A stretch of DNA of 64,000 nucleotides, taken from an uncultured Candidatus Rokubacteria bacterium. Lineage in GTDB: Bacteria > Methylomirabilota > Methylomirabilia > Rokubacteriales > DASRDR01. Made by a program: the position numbers and the translations under genes. The notes below the pieces were generated by a model. The model saw only the letters and a program-made list of their open reading frames with translations. It made no database searches and was not told where the DNA came from. Below are positions 50,522-63,437 of the stretch, piece after piece; positions within the stretch are counted from its first letter, which is position 1, and the number at the start of each line of letters is the position of its first letter. Location: assembly GCA_963805625.1 (NCBI GenBank), contig CAWDVE010000017.1, positions 192,001 to 256,000 on the forward strand, in the 5' to 3' direction.

Positions 50522-51759
50522 CAGCGGACGAGCTCCGCATCGACCTCGGCCGCCTGCGCGGGGACATCGAGGCGCTCGCGGCGATCGGGCGCGATCCCAC
50601 CGGCGGGATCTCGCGGCCGGCGTGGAGTCCCGCCCACGAGGAGGCACGCGCGTGGCTGCTCGGCCAGCTCCGGGCGGCCGGATTGGCCGCGCGCGTGGAT
50701 CCCGCGGGGAATGTGTTCGGCCGGCTCGGCGAGGGGACCCCGGCGGTCCTGACGGGTTCCCACATCGACACCGTGCCGCGCGGGGGACCGCTCGACGGGG
50801 CGCTCGGCGTGCTGGCCGGCCTCGAGTGTCTCCGAACGGTCGCGGCGTCGGGCGCCCGGCCGGCACGGGCGCTCGAGGTTGCGGCGTTCACCGACGAGGA
50901 GGGGCGCTTCTACGGATTCTTCGGCTCCCGTGCGCTCACGGGCAGCCTTGACCGCATCCTCGCCGAGCGACTCACCGACCCGACCGGGCTCGCACTGCCC
51001 GAGGCGATGCGGCGCGCGGGCTTCGACCTCGCGCGGGCGCCCGAGGCGCGCCGCGACCCCCGGGAGATCGACGCGTACGTCGAGCTTCACATCGAGCAGG
51101 GGCCATGGCTCGAGACCGAGGACGTGCCGATCGGCGTCGTCGAGGGCATCGTCGGGATCCGCCGCTTCCGCCTGACCTTCGTGGGCCAGCCCGATCACGC
51201 CGGGACCACACCCATGGATCGCCGGAAGGACGCCTTCCTCACCGCCGCCGAGTACGCGACGAAGAGCCGCGAGCTGGTGGTGCGAGGCGGCCAGGGACAC
51301 GCCGTCACGACGATCGGCGTCGTGGATGTGCGTCCGGGCGTGCCGAACATCGTGCCCGAGCGCACGACGCTTCTCCAGGAGCTCCGCGACCCCGCCCCCG
51401 CCCTTCTCGAGCGCCTGGCGAGCCGCACTCTCCAGGCGGCCCGGCGGGTGGCGCGACAGCGCGGGCTCGTTCTCGAGGTAGAGCACCTCATGCGGGCCGA
51501 ACCCGTCCGGATGTCCCCACGGATCCAGGCGGCGATCGAGGCGACGGCCGTGGGGCTCGGGCTCCCGACGCGACGCATGCCCTCCGGCGCCGGTCACGAC
51601 GCGCAGGTCCTGGCGGCGGTGACGGACGCCGGCATGATCTTTGTCCCGAGCCAGGGTGGCCGGAGCCACCGCCCGGACGAGTGGACCGACTGGCCGGCGA
51701 TCGAGCGGGGGGCCAACACACTCCTGGGGACGCTGCTCCGTCTGAGCGAGTCGGGCTGA
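50518..51759 (+). CDS. Zn-dependent hydrolase, M20 family (N-carbamoyl-amino-acid / allantoate amidohydrolase-like)
   Basis: Motifs GSHIDTV, DGALGV, DEEG, ELHIEQG, HAGTTPM and SGAGHDA. Confidence 0.93.
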   Translation: MTADELRIDLGRLRGDIEALAAIGRDPTGGISRPAWSPAHEEARAWLLGQLRAAGLAARVDPAGNVFGRLGEGTPAVLTGSHIDTVPRGGPLDGALGVLAGLECLRTVAASGARPARALEVAAFTDEEGRFYGFFGSRALTGSLDRILAERLTDPTGLALPEAMRRAGFDLARAPEARRDPREIDAYVELHIEQGPWLETEDVPIGVVEGIVGIRRFRLTFVGQPDHAGTTPMDRRKDAFLTAAEYATKSRELVVRGGQGHAVTTIGVVDVRPGVPNIVPERTTLLQELRDPAPALLERLASRTLQAARRVARQRGLVLEVEHLMRAEPVRMSPRIQAAIEATAVGLGLPTRRMPSGAGHDAQVLAAVTDAGMIFVPSQGGRSHRPDEWTDWPAIERGANTLLGTLLRLSESG

Positions 51760-51857
51760 CGCTCGGCCGCCGGCCGTGAGGCGAACCCGACGGCCGGCTG
51801 TGGCCTTCGAGAGTGCGAGGCCTGCCCGTGACGTGATTGTCCTTGAACCCCGTTTGC

Positions 51858-51886
51858 TTGCCGCATCGAGGGGGGTCCGGTAACAT
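51858..51886 (+). promoter_or_regulatory. Possible sigma70 promoter of the nucleotide-sugar operon
   Basis: TTGCCG-N17-TAACAT. Confidence 0.4.
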
Positions 51887-51937
51887 AGCGAGGCCGTAGA
51901 AGCTTCCGGGCGTCGCGTCCGGCATGAGGCGGTCGAC

Positions 51938-53248
51938 ATGAACGTCGCGGTGGTCGGGACCGGGTATGTGGGGCTCGTGACGGGGGCGGTCTTCGCCGAC
52001 CTCGGGAACGACGTCGTATGCGTCGACAAGGACGCCGCCAAGATCGAGGGGCTCCGCGCCGGGCGCATGCCGATCTATGAGCCCGGCCTGGAGGAGCTCG
52101 TCGCCCGCAACGTCGCCGACGGCCGGCTCGAGTTCACCACCGACCTGGCCGGCGCCGTGCGCCGCTCGGACATCATCTTCATCGCTGTCGGCACCCCACC
52201 CAAGGCCACGGGCGAGTCCGACCTCACGGCCGTCGAGGAGGTCGCCTACGGGATCGCGCAGGCGCTCGACCGCTACAAGGTCATCGTGAACAAGTCCACG
52301 GTGCCGGTGGGGACGGGTGATCTGGTGCGCACGATCATCGAGCGGACCCGCCCGCGGCCGGTTAACTTCGACGTCGTCTCGAACCCCGAGTTCCTGCGCG
52401 AGGGCTCGGCGATCGAGGACACGCTCCGACCCGACCGGATCGTTGTCGGCGCCCCTAGCCAGCATGTGGCGATGACGCTACTCGAGCTCTACGCACCGCT
52501 CGAGCGGCCGATGATCATCACCGACGTCTACTCGGCCGAGATCATCAAGTACGCGTCGAACGCCTTCCTGGCCGCGAAGATCTCCTTCATCAACGAGATC
52601 GCCAACCTCTGCGAGCTCGCCGGGGGCGACGTCACTCAGGTGGTCAAGGGGATGGGGCTCGACCCGCGGATCGGTGCTGCGTTCCTGAACGCGGGCCTCG
52701 GATACGGGGGCTCGTGCTTCCCGAAGGACACCGACGCCCTCATCCAGACTGCCGCCGGGCTCGGTTACGAGCTCCGCACGCTCCGCGCCGTGGTGGACGT
52801 CAACCGTGAGCGGGTCCAGCGGCTCGTCGCGCTCATCCGGAAGGTCCTCGACCCGCTGGACGGCCGGATCATCGCGGTGCTGGGGCTGGCCTTCAAGCCC
52901 AAGACCGACGACATGCGCGAGGCGCGGAGCGTCGAGCTGATCACGCGCCTGGTCGAGGCGGGGGCACGGGTGCACGTCTACGACCCGGTTGCCATGGATA
53001 ACGCCCGGCGCACCCTGCCGGCGGCCGTCGAGTACTGCCAGTCCTCCTACGAGGCGGCGGAGGGCGCGGACGCCGCCGTCGTCGTGACGGAGTGGAACGA
53101 GTTCAAGCTGCTGAACCTGGAGCGCTTGCGCCAGGTGATGAGGCGCCCGCTCGTCTTCGACGGGCGGAACATCTACGAGCCCGAGCGGATGCGCCGCCTC
53201 GGGTTCGAGTACCACTCGATCGGCCGGAAGCCGGTCTTCCCGGCCTGA
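51938..53248 (+). CDS. ugd: UDP-glucose 6-dehydrogenase
   Basis: Motifs [22 protein letters not shown] and [10 protein letters not shown]. Confidence 0.95.
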   Translation: MNVAVVGTGYVGLVTGAVFADLGNDVVCVDKDAAKIEGLRAGRMPIYEPGLEELVARNVADGRLEFTTDLAGAVRRSDIIFIAVGTPPKATGESDLTAVEEVAYGIAQALDRYKVIVNKSTVPVGTGDLVRTIIERTRPRPVNFDVVSNPEFLREGSAIEDTLRPDRIVVGAPSQHVAMTLLELYAPLERPMIITDVYSAEIIKYASNAFLAAKISFINEIANLCELAGGDVTQVVKGMGLDPRIGAAFLNAGLGYGGSCFPKDTDALIQTAAGLGYELRTLRAVVDVNRERVQRLVALIRKVLDPLDGRIIAVLGLAFKPKTDDMREARSVELITRLVEAGARVHVYDPVAMDNARRTLPAAVEYCQSSYEAAEGADAAVVVTEWNEFKLLNLERLRQVMRRPLVFDGRNIYEPERMRRLGFEYHSIGRKPVFPA

Positions 53249-53259
53249 GCCACGTCTTC

Positions 53260-54192
53260 ATGCGCGTGCTGGTGACCGGGGGGGCGGGCTTCATCGGCTC
53301 CCACCTGTGCGAGTTCCTCCTCGACAAGGGCGCCGAGGTTCTCTGCCTCGACAACCTCTCGACCGGCGCCAGCGACAACATCGACCGGCTGCGCTCCGAG
53401 CGGTTCCAGTTCATCAAGCTCGATGTCACCAACTACATCTACGTGGCCGGCCCGGTCGACTACGTGCTCCACTTCGCGAGCCCGGCGAGCCCGGTGGACT
53501 ACCAGCTGCTGCCGATCCCGACCCTCAAGGTGGGGGCGCTCGGAACCCACAAGGCGCTCGGTCTCGCCAAGGCCAAGCGGGCGCGGTTCCTTCTCGCGTC
53601 GACCTCGGAGGTCTACGGGGATCCCCTCGTCCACCCGCAGCGGGAGGACTATTGGGGCAACGTGAACCCCGTGGGGCCGCGCGGAGTCTACGACGAGGCC
53701 AAGCGCTTCGCCGAGGCGATGACGATGGCCTACCACCGCTACCACGGCCTCGACACCCGCATCGTCCGGATCTTCAATACGTTCGGGCCCCGCATGCGGC
53801 GGGACGACGGGCGGGCGATTCCGAACTTCATCGACCAGGCGCTGCGCGGGCAGCCCATCACGGTCTACGGCGATGGCTCCCAGACGCGGTCCTTCATGTA
53901 CGTGACGGACCTCGTCGACGGCATCTGGCGCCTGATGGAGTCCGCCGTCCACGACCCCGTCAACATCGGTAACCCGCACGAGATGACGCTCCTCGAGCTC
54001 GCGAAGCGGGTCATCCGTCTAACCGGGAGCGCGAGCTCCATCGTCTTCCAGCCGCTGCCGGTCGACGATCCTAAGATCCGGCAGCCCGACATCACGCGCG
54101 CCCGCACGCTCCTCGGCTGGGAGCCGCGAGTGGACGTGGACGAAGGGCTTCGCCAGACGATCGAATGGTTTCGCCAGGCGCTCGACCGGTAG
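53260..54192 (+). CDS. UDP-glucuronate decarboxylase (UDP-xylose synthase) family
   Basis: Motifs [25 protein letters not shown] and YDEAKR. Confidence 0.93.
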   Translation: MRVLVTGGAGFIGSHLCEFLLDKGAEVLCLDNLSTGASDNIDRLRSERFQFIKLDVTNYIYVAGPVDYVLHFASPASPVDYQLLPIPTLKVGALGTHKALGLAKAKRARFLLASTSEVYGDPLVHPQREDYWGNVNPVGPRGVYDEAKRFAEAMTMAYHRYHGLDTRIVRIFNTFGPRMRRDDGRAIPNFIDQALRGQPITVYGDGSQTRSFMYVTDLVDGIWRLMESAVHDPVNIGNPHEMTLLELAKRVIRLTGSASSIVFQPLPVDDPKIRQPDITRARTLLGWEPRVDVDEGLRQTIEWFRQALDR

Positions 54193-54220
54193 CCGGCGGG
54201 CCTTCCGGGGAGGCATCGCG

Positions 54221-54403
54221 ATGATCGACGACGAGCTCAAGGCCATCCTGGTCTGTCCCGCGTGCAAGGGCGACCTCCTCTTCGAGGAGACTCGCATCGT
54301 CTGCCCCGCGTGCCGGAAGGCCTATCCCATCCGCGACGACATCCCGGTGATGCTGGTCAGCGAGGCGGCCGACTGGGCGCCGTCGGGCCCGAGTCACCCC
54401 TGA
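54221..54403 (+). CDS. Trm112/YcaR family protein
   Basis: ILVCPACKG...CPAC..AYPIRDDIPVML; GGAGG RBS. Confidence 0.9.
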   Translation: MIDDELKAILVCPACKGDLLFEETRIVCPACRKAYPIRDDIPVMLVSEAADWAPSGPSHP

Positions 54404-54419
54404 CCGCCCGGGGCCACGG

Positions 54420-55496
54420 GTGACCGTCCAGGCCGTCATCCTGGCCGGGGGCCTGGGGACCCGGCTCAGGCCGTTGACCCTCGAGCGGCCGAAGCCGGTC
54501 GTCCCGCTGCTGAACGTGCCGTTCCTCTCCTACCAGCTCGGGCTGCTCGGCGCCCACGGCGTGCGGGACGTGATCCTGTCCATCTCGCACCGAGCCGAGG
54601 TGATCCGGGAGATCATGGCCCAGGAGCACCTCGGGGAAGTCCGGCTGCGGGACGTCGTCGAGCGGGACCCGCTCGGCACGGCGGGCGGCGTGCGGAACGC
54701 CGCCGACCTCGTCGACGGGCGCGTGGTCGTCATGAACGGGGACGTGCTCACGGAGCTTGACCTCACCGCGATGCTCCGGGCGCACGAGGCCCGCGGTGCG
54801 GCGGCGACGATCTATCTCATGCCCGTCGAGAACCCCACCGCCTACGGCCTCGTCGAGCTCGAGCCCGACGGCCGCGTGCATCGCTTCCTGGAGAAGCCAG
54901 GCTGGGAAGAGGTCACGACGAACACCGTCAACGCGGGCGTCTACGTGCTCGAGCGGGAGCTTCTCGAGTGGATCCCCAAGGGGGAGGCATACTCGATGGA
55001 GCGCGAGTTCTTTCCGCTGCTTCTCGAGCGGGGCGTGCCCTTCTACGGCTTCGTCTCGCCGGGGTACTGGGTCGACATCGGCACCCCCGCCAAGTACTTC
55101 CAGGCGCAGCAGGACCTCCTGGCGCGCCGCTTCCGGGCCCACGTGGAGCCGCAAGGACGCGAGGGTCCCGAGGGATGGATCCACCCGACGGCGACCATCG
55201 CCTCGTCGGCGCGGGTTCGGGGGCCCGTGGTGATCGGCGCCGGCTGCCGGGTCGAGGCGGGCACGGCGGTGGGCCCGAGCGTCGTCCTCGGCGCCGGCTG
55301 CCGGATCGGGGCGGGGGCCCAGCTTGACACGTCGGTGCTGTGGGAGGAGGTCGAGGTCGGGGAGGCCGCCCGGCTCACGGGGTGTCTCGTCGGGCGGGGC
55401 GTGTCGATCGGCGCCTACGCCCGCGTTACGCCCGGCGCCGTCCTGGGCGACGGCACGCGCCTCGGCGACTACTCCCGCCTCGCCGGGGACCCCTGA
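54420..55496 (+). CDS. NDP-sugar pyrophosphorylase (mannose-1-phosphate guanylyltransferase-like)
   Basis: LAGGLGTRLRPLT..PKP, EKP, YWVDIGTP and hexapeptide repeats. Confidence 0.92.
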   Translation: MTVQAVILAGGLGTRLRPLTLERPKPVVPLLNVPFLSYQLGLLGAHGVRDVILSISHRAEVIREIMAQEHLGEVRLRDVVERDPLGTAGGVRNAADLVDGRVVVMNGDVLTELDLTAMLRAHEARGAAATIYLMPVENPTAYGLVELEPDGRVHRFLEKPGWEEVTTNTVNAGVYVLERELLEWIPKGEAYSMEREFFPLLLERGVPFYGFVSPGYWVDIGTPAKYFQAQQDLLARRFRAHVEPQGREGPEGWIHPTATIASSARVRGPVVIGAGCRVEAGTAVGPSVVLGAGCRIGAGAQLDTSVLWEEVEVGEAARLTGCLVGRGVSIGAYARVTPGAVLGDGTRLGDYSRLAGDP

Positions 55497-56927
55497 GTGC
55501 CGGCGGAGGGGCAGACTCCTCCCATCCGGTTCGGGACGGACGGGTGGCGGGGCGTCATCGCGGACGACTTCACCGAGGCGAACGTCGCGACGGTCGTCCA
55601 GGCCGCCGCGACCACGTGGACCGAAGAGGCGGGAGGCCTCGCGCACCCGCTCGTGGTGGGCTACGACACCCGCTTCAACTCCCGTCCGGTCGCGCATTTC
55701 GCCGCGGACATTCTCGCGGCGAACGGCTGGCGGGTCCTCCTGGCCGACCGGCCGGTGCCGACCCCCGTCGTCTCCTACAGCGTAATCGCCCGGGGGGCGG
55801 CCGGCGGTCTCGTCGTGACGGCGAGCCACAACCCGGCCCGCTTCAACGGGATCAAGCTCAAGGGCTCGTTCGGGGGCTCCGCCACGCCGGAGTTCACGGC
55901 GCGCGTGGAGGCGGCCCTCGGCCGGATCCCGCCCCGCCGGACCCCGGCCGCCGGAGGCGGCCGCGTCGAGACGGTCGACCTCCTGCCCGACTACCTCGAG
56001 CGGCTGCGGAGCCGCATCGCCGTCGACCGCCGCCCGGCCCGGCCCCTTCGCATCGTGGCGGATGCCCTCCACGGCGCGACGGACGGGCTCATGAAGGCGC
56101 TGGTGCCAGCCGCGTGGGGCGAGGTCCGGATCCTCCACGGCGCGCCTGACCCGCTCTTCGGCGGGCTCCATCCCGAACCGATCCCGCCGCACCTCGACGA
56201 GCTCGCCGCCGACGTGCGGGCGAGCGGGGCCGACCTCGGGCTCGCGATGGACGGGGATGGCGACCGGCTCGGCGCGGTGACGGGACAGGGGCGCTACGTC
56301 ACGCCCCACGAGGTCCTCACCCTCCTCGTACGTCACCTCGTCCGGGTCCGCGGGTGGCGCGGCGACGTCGCGAAGGGCTTCGCCATGGGCGTGCAGGTCG
56401 ACCGGCTGTGCGCGCGTCTCGGGCTCACGCTCCACGTCACGCCCATCGGATTCAAGCACATCGCAGGCCTTATGCGCACCCGTGATATCCTGATTGGTGG
56501 CGAGGAATCGGGCGGAATGGGGTTCCGGGACCACCTGCCCGAGCGTGATGGTCTCCTGTCGGCCTTGCTCGTCCTGGAAGCGGTCGTGGCCTCCGGCGGC
56601 ACCCTCGACGCGCTCCTGCGGGACCTGGAAGCCGAGGTCGGCGCCGCGGCCTACCGGCGGCGCGACTACACCCTCTCCCCGGATCGGGGGCGCGTCCTCG
56701 TCGCGGCGCTGGACGCTGCTCCCCCGGAGCGGATCGGCAATCGGCCGGTGACGCGGCGCGAGACACTGGATGGGCGGAAGTACTGGCTCGGGGACGGGGC
56801 GTGGGTGCTGATCCGGCCGTCGGGGACGGAGCCGGTGCTCCGCGTCTACGTGGAGGCGGAAACAGCGGTGGAGGTCGACCAGTTGCACGCGGCCGCCGAG
56901 GCGCTGGTGGGCCGACACACATCGTGA
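55497..56927 (+). CDS. Phosphoglucomutase/phosphomannomutase
   Basis: Motifs [27 protein letters not shown] and RPSGTEP. Confidence 0.95.
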   Translation: MPAEGQTPPIRFGTDGWRGVIADDFTEANVATVVQAAATTWTEEAGGLAHPLVVGYDTRFNSRPVAHFAADILAANGWRVLLADRPVPTPVVSYSVIARGAAGGLVVTASHNPARFNGIKLKGSFGGSATPEFTARVEAALGRIPPRRTPAAGGGRVETVDLLPDYLERLRSRIAVDRRPARPLRIVADALHGATDGLMKALVPAAWGEVRILHGAPDPLFGGLHPEPIPPHLDELAADVRASGADLGLAMDGDGDRLGAVTGQGRYVTPHEVLTLLVRHLVRVRGWRGDVAKGFAMGVQVDRLCARLGLTLHVTPIGFKHIAGLMRTRDILIGGEESGGMGFRDHLPERDGLLSALLVLEAVVASGGTLDALLRDLEAEVGAAAYRRRDYTLSPDRGRVLVAALDAAPPERIGNRPVTRRETLDGRKYWLGDGAWVLIRPSGTEPVLRVYVEAETAVEVDQLHAAAEALVGRHTS

Positions 56928-56946
56928 TGAGCTCGACGAGCCAGCC

Positions 56947-58740
<1,794 letters not shown>

Positions 58741-58751
58741 GGCGCGCCGCG

Positions 58752-59393
58752 ATGACACAGCCGGTCAACCACACGTCCCCAGAAGATGTCCCACGGGAGA
58801 TCGTCAAGGTGCGGAAGAAGTCCGTCCTCCGCGAGTACACCGAGGCGATTCTCGTCGCGGTGCTGCTCGCGCTGCTCATCCGGACGTTCGTCGTTCAGGC
58901 GTTCAAGATCCCCTCCGGCTCGATGATCCCGACCCTCCTGGTGGGCGATCACATCCTGGTCAACAAGTTCGTCTACCGGTTCACGGCTCCGAAGCGGGGC
59001 GACGTCATCGTCTTCAAGTACCCGGTGGACGAGTCGCGCGACTTCATCAAGCGGATCATCGCGGTCGGCGGCGAGGACCTTAACATCAAGGACCAGAAGA
59101 TCTACGTGAACTGCAAGCCCCCGGAGCCGAGCTGCCGCCCGATCGACGACCCGTGGGGGAAGTGGGAGGAGCGCTTCGGCGTCAGCGAGAGCACGTCGGT
59201 GAAGGTGCCGCCGGACTCCTACTTCGTGATGGGCGACAACCGGAACAACAGCCAGGACAGCCGCTACTGGGGCTTCGTCAAGCGCGACAAGATCAAGGGC
59301 CGAGCCTTCCTCATTTATTGGTCCTGGGACTCGGAGAAAGACTCCATCCCGGAGCGTGTCCGGTGGAGCCGGCTGGGCAAGCTCATCTACTAG
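58752..59393 (+). CDS. lepB: Signal peptidase I
   Basis: Motifs IPSGSMIPTL, FIKRII and GDNRNNSQDSR. Confidence 0.96.
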   Translation: MTQPVNHTSPEDVPREIVKVRKKSVLREYTEAILVAVLLALLIRTFVVQAFKIPSGSMIPTLLVGDHILVNKFVYRFTAPKRGDVIVFKYPVDESRDFIKRIIAVGGEDLNIKDQKIYVNCKPPEPSCRPIDDPWGKWEERFGVSESTSVKVPPDSYFVMGDNRNNSQDSRYWGFVKRDKIKGRAFLIYWSWDSEKDSIPERVRWSRLGKLIY

Positions 59394-60571
59394 CGCCGCC
59401 GGGGGGCAGCGCTTTCCCGAAGCCCGAGCTGCTGGCGGGCCCGACCGGCGAGCGGTTCGGCATCTACGTCCACTGCCCGTACTGCCGAACGAAGTGCCCC
59501 TACTGCGACTTCAACGTCGCAATTCACCGCGAGGACCGGATCGCCCCGTTCGTGGCCGGCCTCCGCGCGGAGCTCGCGCGCTACGCGGCGCTGCCCTGGG
59601 CCGACCGGGTGCCGGCGGGGAGCCTGTTCCTCGGTGGTGGCACGCCGTCCCTCCTGCCGGCCGAGGCGGTCGCGGCCGTGCTGGCCGACGCCCGGCAGGG
59701 GCTCGGGCTCGCGCCGGACGCCGAGGTCACGCTCGAGGCCAATCCCGAGGGGCTCGACGCCGACCGCCTGCGCGCGTTCCGCGCGGCCGGGGTGACGCGC
59801 CTGTCGCTCGGCGTCCAGGCCCTCGACGACGCGCTCCTCCGGCGCCTCGGGCGCACCCACTCCGCGGCTGACGCGGCCGCCGCCTATCGCGCGGCGCGTG
59901 CGGCGGGATTCGACGACGTCAGCGTCGACCTCCTCTACGCATGTCCCGACCAGGACCTGGCGACCTGGGTGCGGACGCTCGACGAGGCGCTCGCCTGGGC
60001 GCCGGAGCACCTCTCCGCCTACGCCCTCACGCTCGAGGCCGCCACCCCGTTCGGCCGGCGCCCACCCGCGGGGCTGCCCGACGAGGATCTCCAGGTGGCC
60101 CAGTTCGACGTGCTGGTCGAGCGCGCCGCGCAAGCGGGCCTCGAGCGGTACGAAGTATCGAACTTCGCCCGGTCGGGCCATCGCTCCCGCCACAATCTCG
60201 GCTACTGGCGCCGGGAGGACTACATCGGGCTCGGCCCCGGCGCCCACGGGGCCTTTGGCGCGCTCCGTTACTGGACGCAGCGCTCCGAGCCCCGCTGGCG
60301 GGCCGCGGTGCTCGCGGGGGACTGGGGGATCGAGGGCTGGGAGCGGCTGTCCGAGCGGCAGGTCTCGGCCGAGCGCCTGGTTCTCGGGCTTCGTCTGGCG
60401 GAAGGCATTCCGCTCACGTGGCTCGAGCGCCACCTTGGCGGCCCGGGCGAGGGGCAGGCCGGAATCGCCCGCTACCTGGCGGCGGGCGTGATGGCGGTCC
60501 GGGACGGGCGGATCATGCTCACGGACCGGGGCGTCCTCCTGTCGGACACGATCTTCGCCGAGCTGGTCTGA
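59363..60571 (+). CDS. hemW: Radical SAM heme chaperone HemW (start uncertain)
   Basis: YVHCPYCRTKCPYCDFN, GGGTPS, YEVSNFA and HNLGYW. The nearest in-frame GTG overlaps the lepB end. Confidence 0.9.
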   Translation: MEPAGQAHLLAPPGGSAFPKPELLAGPTGERFGIYVHCPYCRTKCPYCDFNVAIHREDRIAPFVAGLRAELARYAALPWADRVPAGSLFLGGGTPSLLPAEAVAAVLADARQGLGLAPDAEVTLEANPEGLDADRLRAFRAAGVTRLSLGVQALDDALLRRLGRTHSAADAAAAYRAARAAGFDDVSVDLLYACPDQDLATWVRTLDEALAWAPEHLSAYALTLEAATPFGRRPPAGLPDEDLQVAQFDVLVERAAQAGLERYEVSNFARSGHRSRHNLGYWRREDYIGLGPGAHGAFGALRYWTQRSEPRWRAAVLAGDWGIEGWERLSERQVSAERLVLGLRLAEGIPLTWLERHLGGPGEGQAGIARYLAAGVMAVRDGRIMLTDRGVLLSDTIFAELV

Positions 60572-60619
60572 TCGCTCCCGCGCCGTTCGCCCGCCCGGCG
60601 CCGCCGCCCGGGCGGAGGG

Positions 60620-61576
60620 TCATCTTGCCTCGCGGACGTGCGGGCGGACGTCCGCGGCGAACCGCTCCATGGCCTCTATCATCCGAGGGGGCGACGGCAC
60701 GGAGAAGTCCAGGACGAAGTGCCGGGCGCCCGCCGCCACGTAGGCCTGGAGGTCCTCGATGAGCTGGGCGGGGGAGCCGGTCAGGGGGGCGCGGTCCCGC
60801 CCCTGGGCCTCCCGGAACGCGAACGGGGCCTTGAACGCGATGACGATCTCCGCCGGGTCGCGGCCAGCCGCGGACGCGAGCTCCCCGAGCCGCCGGGCGC
60901 GCGACGCCAGCTCATCGGGGTGGAGCATGACGGGCGGGCGGAGCCCGAGCGGGTGCCAGCCGTCGGCGACCTCCACGACGCGCCGGAGGGCGGCGTCGCT
61001 GTGCCCGCCGATCCAGATCGGGATGTGAGGCTGCTGGACCGGTTGCGGCCGTACGCCCCCGGCCTCGCGGACCCGCCAGAATCGCCCCTCGAATGTGACG
61101 CGCGGCCGGGTCCAGATCTCCCGCATGAGCCGGAGCGCCTCGACGGTGCGGGCGGCGCGGTCCTCGAAGGGCACGCCGAGGGCTTCGAACTCCTCCCGCC
61201 ACCAGCCGATGCCCGCGCCGAGGATCACGCGCCCGCCCGAGAGATAGTCCGCCGTGGCGAGCGCCCGCGCCGTGAACACGGGATTCCGGTAGGGGATGAC
61301 GAGGACGCTCGTGCCCACGCGGATCCGCCGGGTGACGCTGGCGACGTACGTCACCGCGGTGAGGGCTTCGAGCCAGGGCTCGTCCGGCCCCAGCGGGAAG
61401 GCGCCCGTGGCGGAGTAGGGATAGGCCGCCGTGCCGGCGACCGGGATGAGCATGCGGTCGGTGACGAACACCGAGTCGTAGCCGAGCGCCTCGGCGCGCC
61501 GCGCCAGCGCGGTGATCGCCCCGCGGTCCGCCAGCGCGCCGCGCCCCGTCAGCGAGAACCCAAACCTGATGGTCAT
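60620..61576 (-). CDS. LLM-class (luciferase-like, probably F420-dependent) oxidoreductase
   Basis: Motifs AEALGYDSV, GTSVLVIPYRNP, SGGRVILGAGIGW and IPIWIGG. Confidence 0.92.
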   Translation of the reverse strand: MTIRFGFSLTGRGALADRGAITALARRAEALGYDSVFVTDRMLIPVAGTAAYPYSATGAFPLGPDEPWLEALTAVTYVASVTRRIRVGTSVLVIPYRNPVFTARALATADYLSGGRVILGAGIGWWREEFEALGVPFEDRAARTVEALRLMREIWTRPRVTFEGRFWRVREAGGVRPQPVQQPHIPIWIGGHSDAALRRVVEVADGWHPLGLRPPVMLHPDELASRARRLGELASAAGRDPAEIVIAFKAPFAFREAQGRDRAPLTGSPAQLIEDLQAYVAAGARHFVLDFSVPSPPRMIEAMERFAADVRPHVREAR

Positions 61577-61598
61577 CCCGTGAACCTCCGCTCCGACG

Positions 61599-61627
61599 GT
61601 TTTAGGGGACGCGTGTGACACTGTCAA
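61599..61627 (-). promoter_or_regulatory. Possible sigma70 promoter of the LLM gene
   Basis: Minus strand reads TTGACA-N17-TAAAAC. Confidence 0.4.
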
Positions 61628-61753
61628 TCGCCGCTCCCGCTGACCGCGCGGATCTCTCAGCCTTGACAACCCCGCGTGGTGCCTAGATATTTGCCATCAT
61701 GAGCCGCTTCAGCCAGATGCGACCGTCCATTCGCTGACACACACAGGAGTGCA

Positions 61754-62806
61754 ATGACCACCGGCGAGCTGAGCGAACGCGCACGGCAGGTCCTCCAGGC
61801 CCTGCTGTTCGAGTACACCGTCACCGCGGAGCCCGTCGGGTCCCGCCAGGTGGCGAAGAAGCACGCGCTCGGCCTCTCCCCGGCCACGATCCGGAACACG
61901 ATGGCCGATCTCGAGGAGATGGGCTACCTCGCCCAGCCGCACACCTCGGCGGGGCGCGTGCCGACGGACAAGGCCTACCGGTACTACGTCGACAGCCTGA
62001 TGGGCCGGACCGAGATCGGGCGTCCGGACGCGCATCGGCTTCAGCGCCAGGTCTCGGGCACGCGGAGCGAGATCGACGACCTCATGGAGGCGACGTCGGC
62101 CCAGCTCTCCGAGCTCTCCCATTACGCCGCCGTCATCCTGGCGCCACCGCTCCAGCACACCCGGCTCGAACGGGTCGACCTCATCCCGGTCGAGGGGGAC
62201 CGCACCATCGTCGTCCTGGCGACCGAGACGGGATGGGGGATGAGCCGCATTCTCGCGTTCGAGGAGCCGGTGCCGCGGAGCGAGGTGCGCGAGGTTGCGC
62301 GGCTCCTCACCGAGCGATACGCGGGGCTTACGTTCCAGGAGATCCGGAGCCGGGTGGCCGAGGCGGGCGCCCCACCCGAGGCCGAGCGCGCGCTTCGCGT
62401 CGCCGTCTACGTGGCGCGCAAGGTGTTCCAGTCCCTCTGGGACCGGAACCTCTACGTCGGCGGTGCGATGAACATGCTGGACCAGCCCGAGTTCGGCATC
62501 GGCACGATGCGGGCCCTCCTCAAGACGTTCGAGGAGAAGCGCCAGCTGATCGAGCTCCTGACGACGCGCGCGCAGACATCGGGCGACGTCCAGGTGGTGA
62601 TCGGATCGGAGATGCCCTTCCAGGAGATGCAGGAGACCAGCCTGGTGGCGGCCTCCTACCGGTTCCACGACCGCGTGCTGGGCGTCCTCGGCATCGTGGG
62701 CCCGCGGCGCATGCCCTACGCCAAGATCGTGCCGCTCGTCGAGTACACGGCGCGTTTGGTATCCAGGCGCCTCACGCGGCTCGGCGGCGTGTCGCCGCTC
62801 GGATAG
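61754..62806 (+). CDS. hrcA: Heat-inducible transcriptional repressor HrcA
   Basis: Motifs EPVGS, SPATIRN.MADLE, PHTSAGRVPT and GIVGPRRMPY. Confidence 0.96.
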   Translation: MTTGELSERARQVLQALLFEYTVTAEPVGSRQVAKKHALGLSPATIRNTMADLEEMGYLAQPHTSAGRVPTDKAYRYYVDSLMGRTEIGRPDAHRLQRQVSGTRSEIDDLMEATSAQLSELSHYAAVILAPPLQHTRLERVDLIPVEGDRTIVVLATETGWGMSRILAFEEPVPRSEVREVARLLTERYAGLTFQEIRSRVAEAGAPPEAERALRVAVYVARKVFQSLWDRNLYVGGAMNMLDQPEFGIGTMRALLKTFEEKRQLIELLTTRAQTSGDVQVVIGSEMPFQEMQETSLVAASYRFHDRVLGVLGIVGPRRMPYAKIVPLVEYTARLVSRRLTRLGGVSPLG

Positions 62807-62809
62807 GAC

Positions 62810-63388
62810 ATGGCGAACGATCGGTGGCCGGGGGCGGGCGATGCCGCCCGGGGCGAGTGGGACGCCGAGACTGACGCGCCGGGCCGCGGGGAGGAGAGCC
62901 TCGAGGCGCTCCGGACCGAGCGGGACGCCCGGGCGCGGGAAGCGGCCGAGACGCAGGAGCGCTATCTCCGCACGCTCGCCGACTTCGAGAACTTCCGCCG
63001 GCGAACCGGCCGGGAGCGGGAGGACTGGCGGCGTCAGGCTCAGGAGATGCTGCTCCGGGAGATCCTGCCGGCCCTCGACAACTTCGACCGGGCGCTAGCC
63101 GTCCCCCCGGCGCCGGGCGCCGACCCGGCCTTCCGGACCGGTGTCGAGCTCATCCACCGGGACTTCCTGGCGGCGCTCGAGCGGCTGGGCGTGAGACCGT
63201 TCGTCGCCGTCGGCCAGCCCTTCGACCCGACGCGCCACGAGGCGGTGAGCCGTGTGGAGCGCGCCGACGTGGACGACCATACGGTCGTCGCGGAGCCCCT
63301 CCGCGGCTACCTGTTCCAGGAGCGGGTGCTCCGGCCCGCCCAGGTCGTCGTGGCCGTTCACCCGCCCGGCGCCGAGGGCGCGGCCTGA
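62810..63388 (+). CDS. grpE: Nucleotide exchange factor GrpE
   Basis: Motifs [18 protein letters not shown] and GY...RVLRPAQV. Confidence 0.96.
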   Translation: MANDRWPGAGDAARGEWDAETDAPGRGEESLEALRTERDARAREAAETQERYLRTLADFENFRRRTGREREDWRRQAQEMLLREILPALDNFDRALAVPPAPGADPAFRTGVELIHRDFLAALERLGVRPFVAVGQPFDPTRHEAVSRVERADVDDHTVVAEPLRGYLFQERVLRPAQVVVAVHPPGAEGAA

Positions 63389-63437
63389 CCGGTCACGGCC
63401 GGCGCTGCCCGGCCGCCGCGACGCTCCGCCGATAGCC

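Noticed and set aside
61700-61756. CIRCE operator upstream of hrcA
   Set aside because: Only a right-half-like GAGTGCAA is present; there is no matching left half at N9 spacing.
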